From positions 33,976,001-34,040,000 of the forward strand of contig NC_043002.1 of assembly GCF_006345805.1 (NCBI RefSeq): DNA of 64,000 nucleotides, read 5' to 3'. This document shows, one piece after another, positions 1 through 11,929 of the stretch (within the stretch, counting starts at the first letter, position 1; each line of letters starts with the position of its first letter). The translations under genes and the position numbers were made by a program. This DNA comes from Octopus sinensis (lineage: Eukaryota). Under the pieces are notes generated by a model. The model was given only the letters and a program-made list of their open reading frames with translations. It had not been told where the DNA came from and did not search any database.

Positions 1-559
1 TATGGTTGTTGTCATAGTGATAGTGAACAATGGCTAAAGTTAGAGTAGTAGCGATTATGTCAATGGTGATAATGACAATAACGATGACAGTGATGGTTGA
101 GGTCATGTGGTAAGATCTATGGTGGTGATGGTCTCATGTTTTACTATAGAAAACTTAACCATTTCGCCTTATATTCAAGATTTGTTTATCCTGAATACTC
201 AGCCATTTTATAGACGATGAAATAGTATTTGAGAAAGTGTTGGCTGCTATTTCTTGAAGTTTTAAGTTTTCTGGTGTTTTGAGTTGATGGTGTTGTTTAG
301 TCCCAAATCGATCTTGATGGAGCAAGTTTATGATCTTTGGAGCTGGTTGGAAGTTATTTTGAGGAGATTTGACTTCTATTTCTGGCAGGTTGGGCAATTA
401 AGTTGGGGTCTTGAGTATCGTTCTGGTAAGTTAGGGATAGTGGCTGGTTGTTTGGAAAGTGATGGCTTGTATGAGTGTGCGTATGTATGCATACATACAT
501 GCATACATATATACATACATGGGTACATACATCTACGTACATCCATAATACATACATAT

Positions 560-586
560 ACACGTACACACACACAAGCACACACG

Positions 587-627
<41 letters not shown>

Positions 628-628
628 G
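560..628. repeat. (CA)n microsatellite
   Basis: Direct CA run; it explains the overlapping HTHT/CVCV ORFs. Confidence 0.95.
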
Positions 629-759
629 CACAAATTAAAACTTAATTAGACATACAAACATACTAAACCTACATGTTTCTCCGTTGACTGAAAAGAATAA
701 GGAGCTTTAATCGATTTTCAATCCTTCTTGGGGTTTCATCAGAGGTGTTCATCTCACTT

Positions 760-1600
760 GACCAATTTCATGGAAGTGATTCGCCAATCTGCATTAAATC
801 TAGTAACTTCAGAGAACTGGTGTTACCACGCACCCATAACACTCCGCCTCTACAGTATACTGTATTCCCGTGGAGTACAGAATATTATCACCCTCTTGCC
901 TCACAAAACTGAAATCCTTCATATTAGTCAGTTTCTCTCCTACCCTCGCTCAATAGTCACACAGATCATACCAAAAGTTTGGAATGCTACTTCGTTCTAG
1001 TAATATGGCTTAAGAACAAATATGTCTACACCATTCAGGTATTACTTCCAATCAGCAGTTTGAGTCTTGGCTTTCCTTTGCTTATACCTGTGAACTGCTT
1101 CATCTTGTCTCTTGGTGGGAACAACCGGGTATGGTTTGGCATTAATCTCATTACACTTAAGCTTTGCTGTTTTGATCTCAAAGCATGAATGATCAGAACA
1201 TAGTTGAGTCACAGTTAATATTCTTCAAGGGAGGAGTTGTATACTACCAGGACATACTCCAGCGATGCTCTATTAGGGGATAATATCACTCCTGCCTCAC
1301 CGATTGTGATTAGCTGTGGACAGAAGCACATCATACATCCATTTCCAGAAGTATCGTAAACTAAAACCATGCTCCACAATGTGCACCATGATAGCTGTTA
1401 TCGACGAGCATATTCCCTGCTAACTATTGGTGTTATCATCCTAAGGCCGCTGCCTTTGCCCCAGGCTTTTCATCTTTAGTCAAGTGAATTTCTCTTGTCC
1501 AGACATCTTGCTTGCTTTTGTTATTCTGACGGAACAAGTATGCATTTGATTTTAAAATTCGCCCCAGTTCTGTTCGTGAGTACTGTACCGTTGCTATGGT
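760..1600 (-). mobile_element. Highly degenerate RTE-type LINE endonuclease (APE) relic
   Basis: Frame-broken minus-strand motifs occur in the expected order: TIAT..RT (IATWNVRT-like), R.SGQEKFT (RWxGxG-like), GVILSPNRASLEY (GVGxxLS-like), D(Y)*ARVG (GDFNARVG-like). Confidence 0.4.
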
Positions 1601-2821
1601 ACATTCTGTAAACCGTATCTTAATGGTCTGCAGGCTGAAAGAGGGAGGACGGAGAGAAAATATTTTGTTAAGCTGAGAGAAAGGGAAGATGAGGAAAGAA
1701 GAGAGAAAGAAGGATAGAGAAAGAGTTGAGACGAAGACAATGATATCTGTGAAAAATCTGGAAGGAGAGATGAAAGAAAAAAAGGTAATATTGATGTGAA
1801 AAGGAAGAAGAAAAGGAGGAAAATATGTCGAGGAGGAGGAAGAAGAAAAGTTTTAAAATAAAGATAGATAAATGTATCTATATATATTCTCTCTCTTCCT
1901 CTTTCTCCCTCTCTCAATCCTTTCTCTCCCTACCCCTCTCTCTGTATTTATGCGTAAAATAAAAGGGGTAAAAATTTCGGGACCAAGTTTTCGTTCAACC
2001 ACTTGGATACATAACTCGAATGAAAAGAATTACTATTAGTGACATACAATTTCAAGTGATCGCGTGCTCGTTAAAGTCAACTTGTCGTTCATCGCACATC
2101 AGGAGGTTCTCTTTGAAATTCTCAAGAAAGAATTTGTGCATATGTCAGCAGATTAAAGTTAACTCCTTTCTTTTATTTAGGAAGGGACGATAAAGGACAG
2201 TTGACCCCAACGCTCATGTAATCACCTGAAAAACAGTGACTAATTTACACGTTGAACATTCTGCTGATGCGTGTTGTCGGCCGAATAACAGACTGAATGC
2301 ATGGTCTAGAAATACAATCTCTGTTTAACACTACACATAAAGAAACATTTACAAGACTTAACACACTTCTAACAAAAAGGTTCTTTTTTTACATAGGTGT
2401 GTTTTCTCGGAGTCTCGTTCACCTTAACAAAGAATTTATAAAGTCCAGAGCATTTACGTTTACGGTACTCCTCGTCTCGTTCGAATTGCTGGCCAATCAG
2501 AAGCCACTTTGTTCCCTTAAAATGATATATAGCTTTCACCGCCATATTTTGCTTGCAAGCCACCCTATGGATATCTGGCCTAGCAAGTCAAGAATATTTC
2601 AAATGTTTCTTTTTTTCGTGTTATTTTCGAAGCTATATTAAATCAGTTCCAAATTCATCACGTATACTTTAGCCATAGCACCGTATTCCTAATATCAATA
2701 TACCTTAGTGTTAAATATTTACTGAACACTTTTGTGATCTCGTGCCTCAGATTTGACTAGCTAGAAAATTATATATATATTTGCATGTCTAATGTCCAAT
2801 ACATTCGTATATACATCAATA

Positions 2822-3132
2822 CATCCCACATGATATATATATGACGATGGAGTCTCCCATCGAAGACGACGAATGAGCGTTCAGCTTTTACCAAACAACC
2901 TGCACAAATCATTTGTTTATAGTGATTAAATGTATGTGTTATATACTAGCTCACTGCCTCCATCAAAGCGACGTTGCCTGAACAGGTACACTGTGTACAA
3001 TGCGTCAGGTGCCGAAGTGATCGCCGAACAACGTGAGATGAAGTGTTTTGCTCAAGAACACACCGCACCACTTGGTCTAGCAATTGAAATTGTAATCTAG
3101 CGATGGCAAGTGCAAGACCCTACTCACTAAGA
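2822..3132 (-). mobile_element. tRNA-derived SINE, family D (diverged)
   Basis: Contains GTGAGATGAAGTGTTTTGCTCAAGAACAC, shared with copies at ~16.6, 28.9, 29.2 and 36.5 kb. Confidence 0.6.
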
Positions 3133-3164
3133 CATGTGTCCTTACGATATATATATATACATAC

Positions 3165-3260
<96 letters not shown>

Positions 3261-3261
3261 T

Positions 3262-3301
<40 letters not shown>
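3165..3301. repeat. (TAG)n microsatellite, possibly a LINE tail
   Basis: Near-perfect TAG run with one TTG interruption; source of the poly-V/T/Y ORFs. Confidence 0.95.
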
Positions 3302-3661
3302 AAAATACGGGAAGTATATTGTCCATGGAAGAGTTGTAGTGTATTGTTGAGCGTTGGTTTCCTGATCAGTGGACGGTCATTTTGGTGTCTGTAGTCTAGA
3401 ATATATTCGTTCACTCTTGTACATATTCTCTTGATTATTAATACTTGACCAAGTGCAATCGGTTGTAGCGGGAATAGGCTGTGGTTTCTACCAATGAGAG
3501 CTTCTACACCGTCGCGTGACCCGTTAGACAAGACAACCGAATCTCCTCAAGCCACACACTACTGTATTAAAAGAGGAAGAATATATTGGTCAGTTTAGTC
3601 TTAGATATTTAAAAAGACGTAATGGCCATGGTAGAAATACTTTGAATCATAATCCTGGGAC

Positions 3662-4053
3662 CAGGGCCGGATTAAGACCTATAGAGGCCCTAAGCACTTA
3701 AAAGATTTTGGTACCCCCATATACATGTAGTTCAAAATATAAATAATAATAAACCGTAAATGAATTTTTATTTTTCAAAATGAAACAAAACTCCCAGATG
3801 GAAAGTAATGTTTATTTTTGTATACTTCCACGTTATTTATATTTGAAAAGTTTTCTACTTTTTTTTTAATTGCAAAATCTGATCTTCAAAATCAATCTTA
3901 CATAACACATCTCTTTCTATACATAGTAGAGATAAAGTATCCTGGATAAATTTTTTCTAGCAAGTTTAAAGTGATTTCTTTTGAGCCGTATACCACTTAC
4001 CATTTCTGTGGTACCCCACTTCCCTTGATGCCCTATGCATTAATCCAGCACTG
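3662..4053. mobile_element. hAT-like MITE
   Basis: Imperfect terminal inverted repeats CAGGGCCGGATTAA...TTAATCCAGCACTG; no clean 8-bp TSD. Confidence 0.5.
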
Positions 4054-4948
4054 ACTGGTTTTGGAAAAAACAACAATGACAAAAGAATCACTAACAACTC
4101 TACACGTACCGTACATACAAATTAGACGCCCTTTCTGTTGCCAGCATTAAACGCCATCATCTATTTTACAGCTACTACGAATGACAACTCCCACTTCGAA
4201 CCAAAGAGAAAACCTCCACCTTGTCACACAACCTGCTAGAAATAGCAGTCAAATTCTCTCAACTGACACCTTACTGATATACAAGAAAAGCACATTGGTC
4301 AATGTAATGCTAGATGTACAAAAGCTACAAGATGGTCAAGGCTGGAAAGCCTTTATTCATAGGTCCCTTTGACCGATAATGACTTGGAGCTAAACAACTT
4401 CTTCAATCGAGTGATTCTCAATGAGAGAACCCTTATGTTGTTACACAACCAACTACAAATACCAGCTAAATCACATTCAAATTACATTACACTGTCTAGA
4501 AGAAGTGAAAAGAAAGTACATCGGATATTGTAATCCAACACTGTATATGCCTAAAAGTGGTTGTGATCACAGTAAAATGCTTTTTATCATTTGTCTGCTC
4601 TCACAGGGCTAAGTTAGAGCTTAACAAATACGACTTTCTCTCCCTTTAGACTGCCGCAAGATATCTAGATTCAATTATATGACATCATCTAGAAACATTG
4701 GTCCAAGTCTTCATTTGTCCTCATATCTGTTTCTCACAATTTTCACTTACAACTGATCCATAGAAATATTATAGTGCTATTATTGTTATTACTGTGTCAT
4801 ATGTACAACATCCCTCTCTCCTTCATCATCTCATTCTTTAATACTGTTCAGTATTACTTTTGTGAAAAGCAAAAACGTTAACCTTGATATTGGCAAAAAT
4901 TTTTGATTGTAACACGTAAATCAACTCCATAAGAATATTACACACACA

Positions 4949-5039
<91 letters not shown>

Positions 5040-5199
5040 GGGCGAACAGGTGGCGTATTGGATCATCTTTACAAACTTTTATAATGTCGAATCCGTTGTT
5101 GAATACCTAATTGCCACCGCGATAACCTTAATAAGTCAACATTTAAAGTTAAATAGATACTATATAACATAGCTAAGGTACTTCTACTTCACACACACA

Positions 5200-5267
<68 letters not shown>

Positions 5268-5402
5268 TACACACACACACTCCGCTGTGTTATTGTAAAA
5301 CTGAAACCAATTTAAATAATATTAAATATTTGCAGCACAGCAGCAAAACTATAAAAGCAAAAGGATTGAAATGTTTTTCATAAAGATAATCAATTCTTTC
5401 TC

Positions 5403-5439
<37 letters not shown>

Positions 5440-6046
5440 GCACACACATACATGAATACGTGTGCGTGCGTGCATGTGTGAGGTGGTGGTGGTGGGGGGG
5501 CACAGCTCTTATCTACAGATGAAAACTGTGAGAATGACAAGTGTACAAACGTACGAAAGAACGGTTGTGGGCCAGCTGTATAATCTGTAAGGTAAGCTGG
5601 ATTACGACAGAAGAGACAGCAGAAGAGGGCTTAACGATATTTACAATCAGTGAGCATTGATTAAGGAGTGATCGAGTGACAAACATGACCGACGCCTCAC
5701 TATCGAACCAGCCAGTCGCTCTCTGACGAGCCTTCACTGTTCAGACTTTAAGGAGCCGACCGTTGGCTGACGCTGGTTTGGCAGACGACAGCAACATCAT
5801 CAGCGTTTTACCGATAGCTAGTCTTTATACGTTAACAAATTGCTTGAAATGTCACGTTTGGTCACCATCTGGTTATATTACATAAACCACATCAGTCCGG
5901 ACCGTAGGGAAATAAATCACATTCACGAGAATCGGACGACATACCTCTAGACCAGTGGCGGCATAAGAAAATACATACAAACATACATACATACGTACAT
6001 ACACACACCTACTTGCATATACACACTAATACGTGCAGACAATCAT

Positions 6047-6086
<40 letters not shown>

Positions 6087-6365
6087 TATTCACACACACA
6101 TACTCACATATAACGAGAAAGAGAGAGAGAGAGAGCGAGAGAGACAAAGTGACAGGGAGAGATACACACAGAGCGCGAGTAGAGATACACCCATTGGTAT
6201 ACATATGAAAATAGTTATTCAACATTGCACATATATACACATGCGGTCATGAGCAAGGAGATAATAATGTTTTCATAAATATTCGTTCATAAGTATACGC
6301 GCGTATGTGTGTGTGTGCGTATGTGTGCGTGTGTGAATGTATGCAGGTATAATGGACATACATAC

Positions 6366-6373
6366 ATACAAAC

Positions 6374-6405
<32 letters not shown>

Positions 6406-6419
6406 CACATACATGTATA

Positions 6420-6502
<83 letters not shown>

Positions 6503-6521
6503 TATACACCATACATGTATA

Positions 6522-6598
<77 letters not shown>
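6366..6598. repeat. Compound (TA)n microsatellite
   Basis: Long TA runs with a duplicated CACCA(CA)TACATGTATAT spacer. Confidence 0.95.
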
Positions 6599-6600
<2 letters not shown>

Positions 6601-6920
6601 ATAATTAATAAATCTTAGGGTAGCAGAAAATTTTGAAAAATTCTTTGCTATCAGTGGTCTAGCGAGAAGAAAAAACTAGTCAATAGACTATATATTATTC
6701 ATATAAAAATAAAGTGTACATTTAAACACATAAGAGAAGGCCATAACGGGACATCTGATTCGCTAGAAAGAGTAGTTAAACTACAAGCCACTAATTAGTG
6801 GTAATTTCGAAAGGGAATGAAAAATAAAAACATTTACCCTATTTTTCCTGGACTATGCATAGTTTCAAGCAATCTTTTGTAAATAAAATAATTTACAAAA
6901 GATTGCTTGAAACTATATAT

Positions 6921-6968
<48 letters not shown>

Positions 6969-7384
6969 TATTATATGTGTGTGTGTATGTATGTATGTAT
7001 GTATGTGTATGTATGTATGTATGTATAGATTCATAAACTTTAAAATACACATTTTTACTTAAAGTTATTCTAAACAATTTTAATAATAACAACAGAACAT
7101 TTGCTAATGGAGAGACACAGTACTAAAAACAGGTTAATATTAAAGATTAAGAGTGAAAGCTGCGAGCGGGCAGAATTGTTACTGCACTGGGCAAAATACT
7201 TTGCGGCATTTCACCCGTCTTTACGTTCTGAGTTCAAATACTGCCTAGATCGACTTTACCTTTCATCCTTTCGGCGATCGATAAAATAAGCACCTGTTAA
7301 GTACTAGGGTCGATGTGATCGATTTACCCATTCCCCTATAATTACTGGATTTATGCCAAAAATTTGAAATCATTATTAAGAGAC

Positions 7385-7601
7385 GGCGGCGAGCTGGCAG
7401 AAACGTTAGCACGCCGGGCGAAATGCGTAGCCATATTTCGTCTGCCGTTACGTTCTGCGTTCAAATTCCGCCGAGGTCGACTTTGCCTTTCATCTTTTCG
7501 GGGTCGATAAATTAAGTACCAGTTACGCACTGGTGTCGATATAATCGACTTAATTGGTTTGTCTGTCCTTGTTTGTCCCTCTGTGTTTAGCCCCTTGTGG
7601 G
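7385..7601 (+). mobile_element. SINE family A (near full length); further copies at ~7.2, 7.6, 12.9, 13.4, 23.3, 33.1, 37.7, 38.9 and 47.8 kb
   Basis: GGCGGCGAGCTGGCAGAAACGTTAGCACGCCGGGCGAAATG head, GAGTTCAAATTCC B-box-like motif, CTTTGCCTTTCATCCTTTCGGGGTCGATAA central domain repeated many times in the window. Confidence 0.85.
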
Positions 7602-7755
7602 CTACGTTCTGAGTTCAAATTCCACCGATGTCAACTTTAGCTTTCATCCTTTCGGACTTGATAAATTAAGTACCAGTTGCGTACTGAGGTCGATCTAATC
7701 GACTGGTCCTCCACCCCAAAAATTTCGGGCCTTGTGCCTAGAGTAGAAAAGAATA

Positions 7756-7918
7756 GGCGTGGGAGTGGCTGTGTGGTAAGTAGCTTGCTTACGAACCACA
7801 TGGTTCCGAGTTCAGTCCCACTGCGTGATACCTTGGGCAAGTGTCTTCTACTATAGCCTCGGGCCGACCAAAGCCTTGTGGGTGGATTTTGTAGACGGAA
7901 ACTGAAAGAAGCCCGTCG

Positions 7919-7978
<60 letters not shown>

Positions 7979-8195
7979 GTGTGTGTGTATTTGTTTGTGT
8001 ATCTGTGTTTGTCCCCCCAACATCGCTTGACAACCGATGCTGGTGTGTTTACGTCTCCGTAACTTAGCGGTTCGGCAAAAGAGCTCGATAGAATAAGTAC
8101 TAGGCTTCAAAAGAATACGTCCTGGGGTCGATTTGCTCGACTAAAGGCGGTGCTCCAGCATGGCTACAGTCAAATGCCTGAAACAAGTAAAAGAG
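7756..8195 (+). mobile_element. tRNA-derived SINE family B with internal (TA)n/(TG)n tract; other copies at ~8.7-9.0, 10.8, 11.1, 26.7, 31.3, 35.7 and 39.8 kb
   Basis: A-box-like TGGCTGTGTGGTAAG, B-box-like GGTTCCGAGTTCAGTCC, body TTGGGCAAGTGTCTTC, internal microsatellite, tail ending GAAACAAGTAAAAGAG. Confidence 0.85.
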
Positions 8196-9246
8196 TATCA
8201 TCATCATCATCATCATCATGAACATCATCATCATCATCATCATCACCATCATCATCAACATTATCATCATCGTTTCAACGTCCACTTTTCTATGCTTGTA
8301 TGTATGTGCCGGACGGGATTTCGCTGAGGCAATTTTTTCCACGGCCGGATGTCCTTCATATCGCCAGACACCCTTAGATCAAAATCAATGGAGTTTCACA
8401 TTTGGTCTTAAAGAAAGGAACAGCAACAATGGTAAACAAACAATACGTTGGAAGTGGATCTACTGGCCCATATCACGTTATTCGGTTGACTCGTTGGAAA
8501 ACCATAGAAATGATCGGTCGGGACTGAACAAGAACTGCACAACAACCATATGAAACCACCAGGCACCACAAAAAGAATCTCTGTAACCACTCGATCAATA
8601 GAAATGGCACCCGAATCTACCCCAAATGACACGCAGTATAAAAATAGAGGTCCCATTGGGATATTACGTCTATCAGTTATCTTTTACTTGTTTCAGTTAT
8701 TAGAGTGAGGCCATGCTGGGGCACAACTTTGATGATTTTTTTTTGTCGATTTGTTTTTACCCCAATACTTACTTTTTGAAACCTGGTACTTATTCCATCG
8801 TTTTTTTTTTTTTTGCATGGGATGCAAGCACGCCAACACCGGTTGTCAAGCAGTGGAGGTAGACAGACACACACATATGTGACGGTGGCTTGTTTTAGCT
8901 TCCGTCTATCAAATCCACTCATAAGACTTTAGTCGGCCGAAGCTATAGTAGAAGACATTTTCCTCAAAGTGCCACGCCGTTAGACTGAACCCGGAACCAT
9001 GTGGTTGGGAAGCAAGCTTCTTACCATACAGCCACGACTGCGCCTATTTGTTAAATGTAATTAAATAATGAGTTGTGACAGCTAAGTCTTAACCAGCGTT
9101 AAACAACGATAGTCACTCTCAGGCTAGGGAATATATTTAAGGTCACTCGACCTGTTAGAAACAGCAGCCATATCTTTCTTAAATCACAGACTTCCGTCTG
9201 AAATAAAGACGACTACGTTGGGAAGTGTAATCTTAATGCATTAGAA

Positions 9247-9289
<43 letters not shown>

Positions 9290-10108
9290 AACGAGATGGT
9301 CACGACTAGAAACTCTTTGATCCTGGGTTTCTTCAATCAAATCGAATTCAGGGTTAAAGAACAACGGCAAACTAAACACTACTACATAGCCCCTACCCCA
9401 CAAAAACTTCCATAAATAAGCATTATTAGAAGAGATGTGTGAGAGAATGTGATATGAATCATTGGAGCGTGACATGTCAAAGAGAAAAGAACCTCTTCAG
9501 TTGTGTGCAACTGATTTGTCGATTGTAATTATAATATACGGTAGCACCTTGCGCCCCTCCATACACACACACACACACACAAACAAACATACACACACAC
9601 ACACAAACATACACATACAAACACATGCACATACACACACGCACTTATACGCACATACTCGAACAAGCATGTACGCGTGCGCACACTGAATCTATCATTG
9701 CATCTCTTATTTCTCTCTCTTTCTCTCTTTCACACCCATAAACACACACACAGAGTCTATCAATTTCTTTCTGCTTACTCCTCTTTTCCTGTCTGTCCCT
9801 CTATTTCTCGCTCTCTTTCTATCTTAGTTCTCTTACTTCAAAACATACCCACTTCAAACCCCTTCACCAACCAACCAACCAACCAGCCGACAGTCTCCTC
9901 CATGTCACCAATTGCTTCCTTCACTTTAAAACTTCCAGTCATGTTCTCTTCATTCGTTATTTTTCCTTGCATATTCTTAAAAATATTCCGATGTAATCTA
10001 TATTCCGTTGTGACTCTCGTCGATGACTATAACGATGATGATAATGACAACGAAGTTGTTGTTCTACTCCGTAAGAATACTTAACCTTGTGTAGTCCCCA
10101 TTGGTTTG

Positions 10109-10130
<22 letters not shown>

Positions 10131-10140
<10 letters not shown>

Positions 10141-10487
10141 GAGGGTACTACTATTAGTAGATACCAACACGCTAAGAGGGACCAATGCGGTCAAAACTAC
10201 TAAAAATAAACAAAATATTACCGAATGCAAAACTTCAAAACACATCATTTTAAAAACGAATTCAGTTACATATCACATGTGATTTCGCATTTAATGCAGA
10301 ATATGCATTTCATGTTCGTCAGTGCAACAAACTCAAGAGATATAAGAAAAAACATAACATTACAAACTCGATAGCCAACCGTAGAATTCATCGTTTGTTT
10401 ATTTTTGTTTATTTTTAGTAGTTTTGACCGCATTGGTCCCTCTTAGCGTGTTGGTATCTACTAATAGTAGTACCCTCATTATAATAT
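10131..10487 (-). mobile_element. Penelope-like remnant with 85-bp perfect inverted arms
   Basis: 10131-10215 is the exact reverse complement of 10403-10487; abuts (TA)n; encloses a hammerhead motif. The Penelope assignment is inference. Confidence 0.6.
10265..10328 (-). ncRNA. Type I hammerhead ribozyme motif, intact core
   Basis: Minus strand: stem I GUUGCA / CUGACGA / stem II hairpin / GAAA / palindromic stem III AUCACAUGUGAU / A17 / UGUAAC. Confidence 0.7.
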
Positions 10488-10594
10488 AAATGAATATTTT
10501 CAAAGAGGAAGAATTTACGGATTTTTTCTCTTTCGAGGTTTTTCACGCTGACTACTGATAATTTCTTTTAAAGATTTTTTAAAGATTTTATCCT

Positions 10595-10600
10595 CAATTG

Positions 10601-10651
<51 letters not shown>

Positions 10652-10672
10652 ATATATATATATGTATGTATG

Positions 10673-10771
<99 letters not shown>

Positions 10772-10795
10772 TATATATATACACATATATATATA
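10595..10795. repeat. (TA)n/(TATG)n microsatellite
   Basis: Direct repeat run; source of the IYIY ORFs. Confidence 0.95.
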
Positions 10796-10944
10796 CCATC
10801 CACTCACAAGGCTTCGGTCGGGCCGACGCTATATCAGAGGACACATGCCCAAGGTGCCACGCAGTGGGACTGAACCCAGAACCATGTGGTTGGGAAGCAA
10901 GCGTCTTACCACACACTCACACCATATATATATAGATATGTATG

Positions 10945-10975
<31 letters not shown>

Positions 10976-11513
10976 TACTACGTGGGCACCTACATCCCTA
11001 AAAATAGAAGTCAAAAATACTTCTGTGCCACGGAATAGTCACAAAATTAATACAAGCATGATAGGAAAACATTCCAGTGAACAATATCTATATAGGCACA
11101 GGAGTGACTGTGGGGTAAATAACTTGCTTACCAACCACATGGTTTCAGATTCAGTTCCACTGCGTGGCACTTTGGGCAAGTGTCTTCTACTATATCCTCG
11201 GGCAGACCAAAGCCTTGTGAGTGGATTTGGTAGACGGAAACTGAAAGAAGTCCGTTGTATGTATATATAATTCTTTTATATTTCAACATCATCTCTTCTC
11301 CATTTTTTAACATAGTTGTTGAGTTTCTATGGGATATCTTTAAATAAATTCTCTTAACACACCATAATAATAATTTCATATTCGCATAAATCTTACGCCA
11401 GTAAGCTACCAACAAAATATGAAGAATCTTTGTTAGAAATCGCCCTTTGGAACCCACCAAACTAAACGATGAAATAAAATTCAACTTCTCCGCACACACA
11501 TATATGTGTGTGG

Positions 11514-11544
<31 letters not shown>

Positions 11545-11562
11545 TGTGTGCGTGCGCGCGCG

Positions 11563-11603
<41 letters not shown>

Positions 11604-11872
11604 TAGACAAATGAATTATCTTATTACGGATAATTCGAAAGATAACCGATACCTGGGTAGCAAACTCACAACAGAAAAAGCATGGTTGAAGTTACGACCA
11701 TAGGGCATAAACTCCGTGCCTTAGTGCGGAAATTTGAAGTTTAATATATTAAGTATAGGAAAGAATGGAGCTGAACGAAGATTTAACAAAATTCCTTTAT
11801 TTTATTTTCGATATATGTTTCGAAGTTTGTTAAATCTTCGTTCAGCTCCATTCTTTCCTATACTATATATAT

Positions 11873-11929
<57 letters not shown>

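Noticed and set aside
700-750. Minus-strand CUGAUGA...GAAA-AUCGAUU-A hammerhead-like string
   Set aside because: Stems I and II do not pair convincingly; likely chance.
1436-1634. Minus-strand 65-codon open frame after a polypyrimidine acceptor, resembling a terminal coding exon
   Set aside because: No partner exons found, not recognised as any protein, and it overlaps frame-broken RTE endonuclease motifs, so a LINE relic is the simpler reading.
2049-2225. Minus-strand segment with acceptor and donor-like ends
   Set aside because: Stops in all frames and no supporting context.
3103-3531. Poly-V, poly-T and poly-Y ORFs
   Set aside because: Translations of the (TAG)n microsatellite.
6247-6618. 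Multiple IYIY/HTHT/CVCV ORFs here and elsewhere in the track
   Set aside because: Dinucleotide microsatellite artefacts.
7756-7830. tRNA genes
   Set aside because: A/B-box-like heads continue into SINE bodies; no complete cloverleaf seen.
10638-11270. Longest ORF in the track (210 aa)
   Set aside because: Runs through a (TA)n tract and two SINE copies; no protein-like content.
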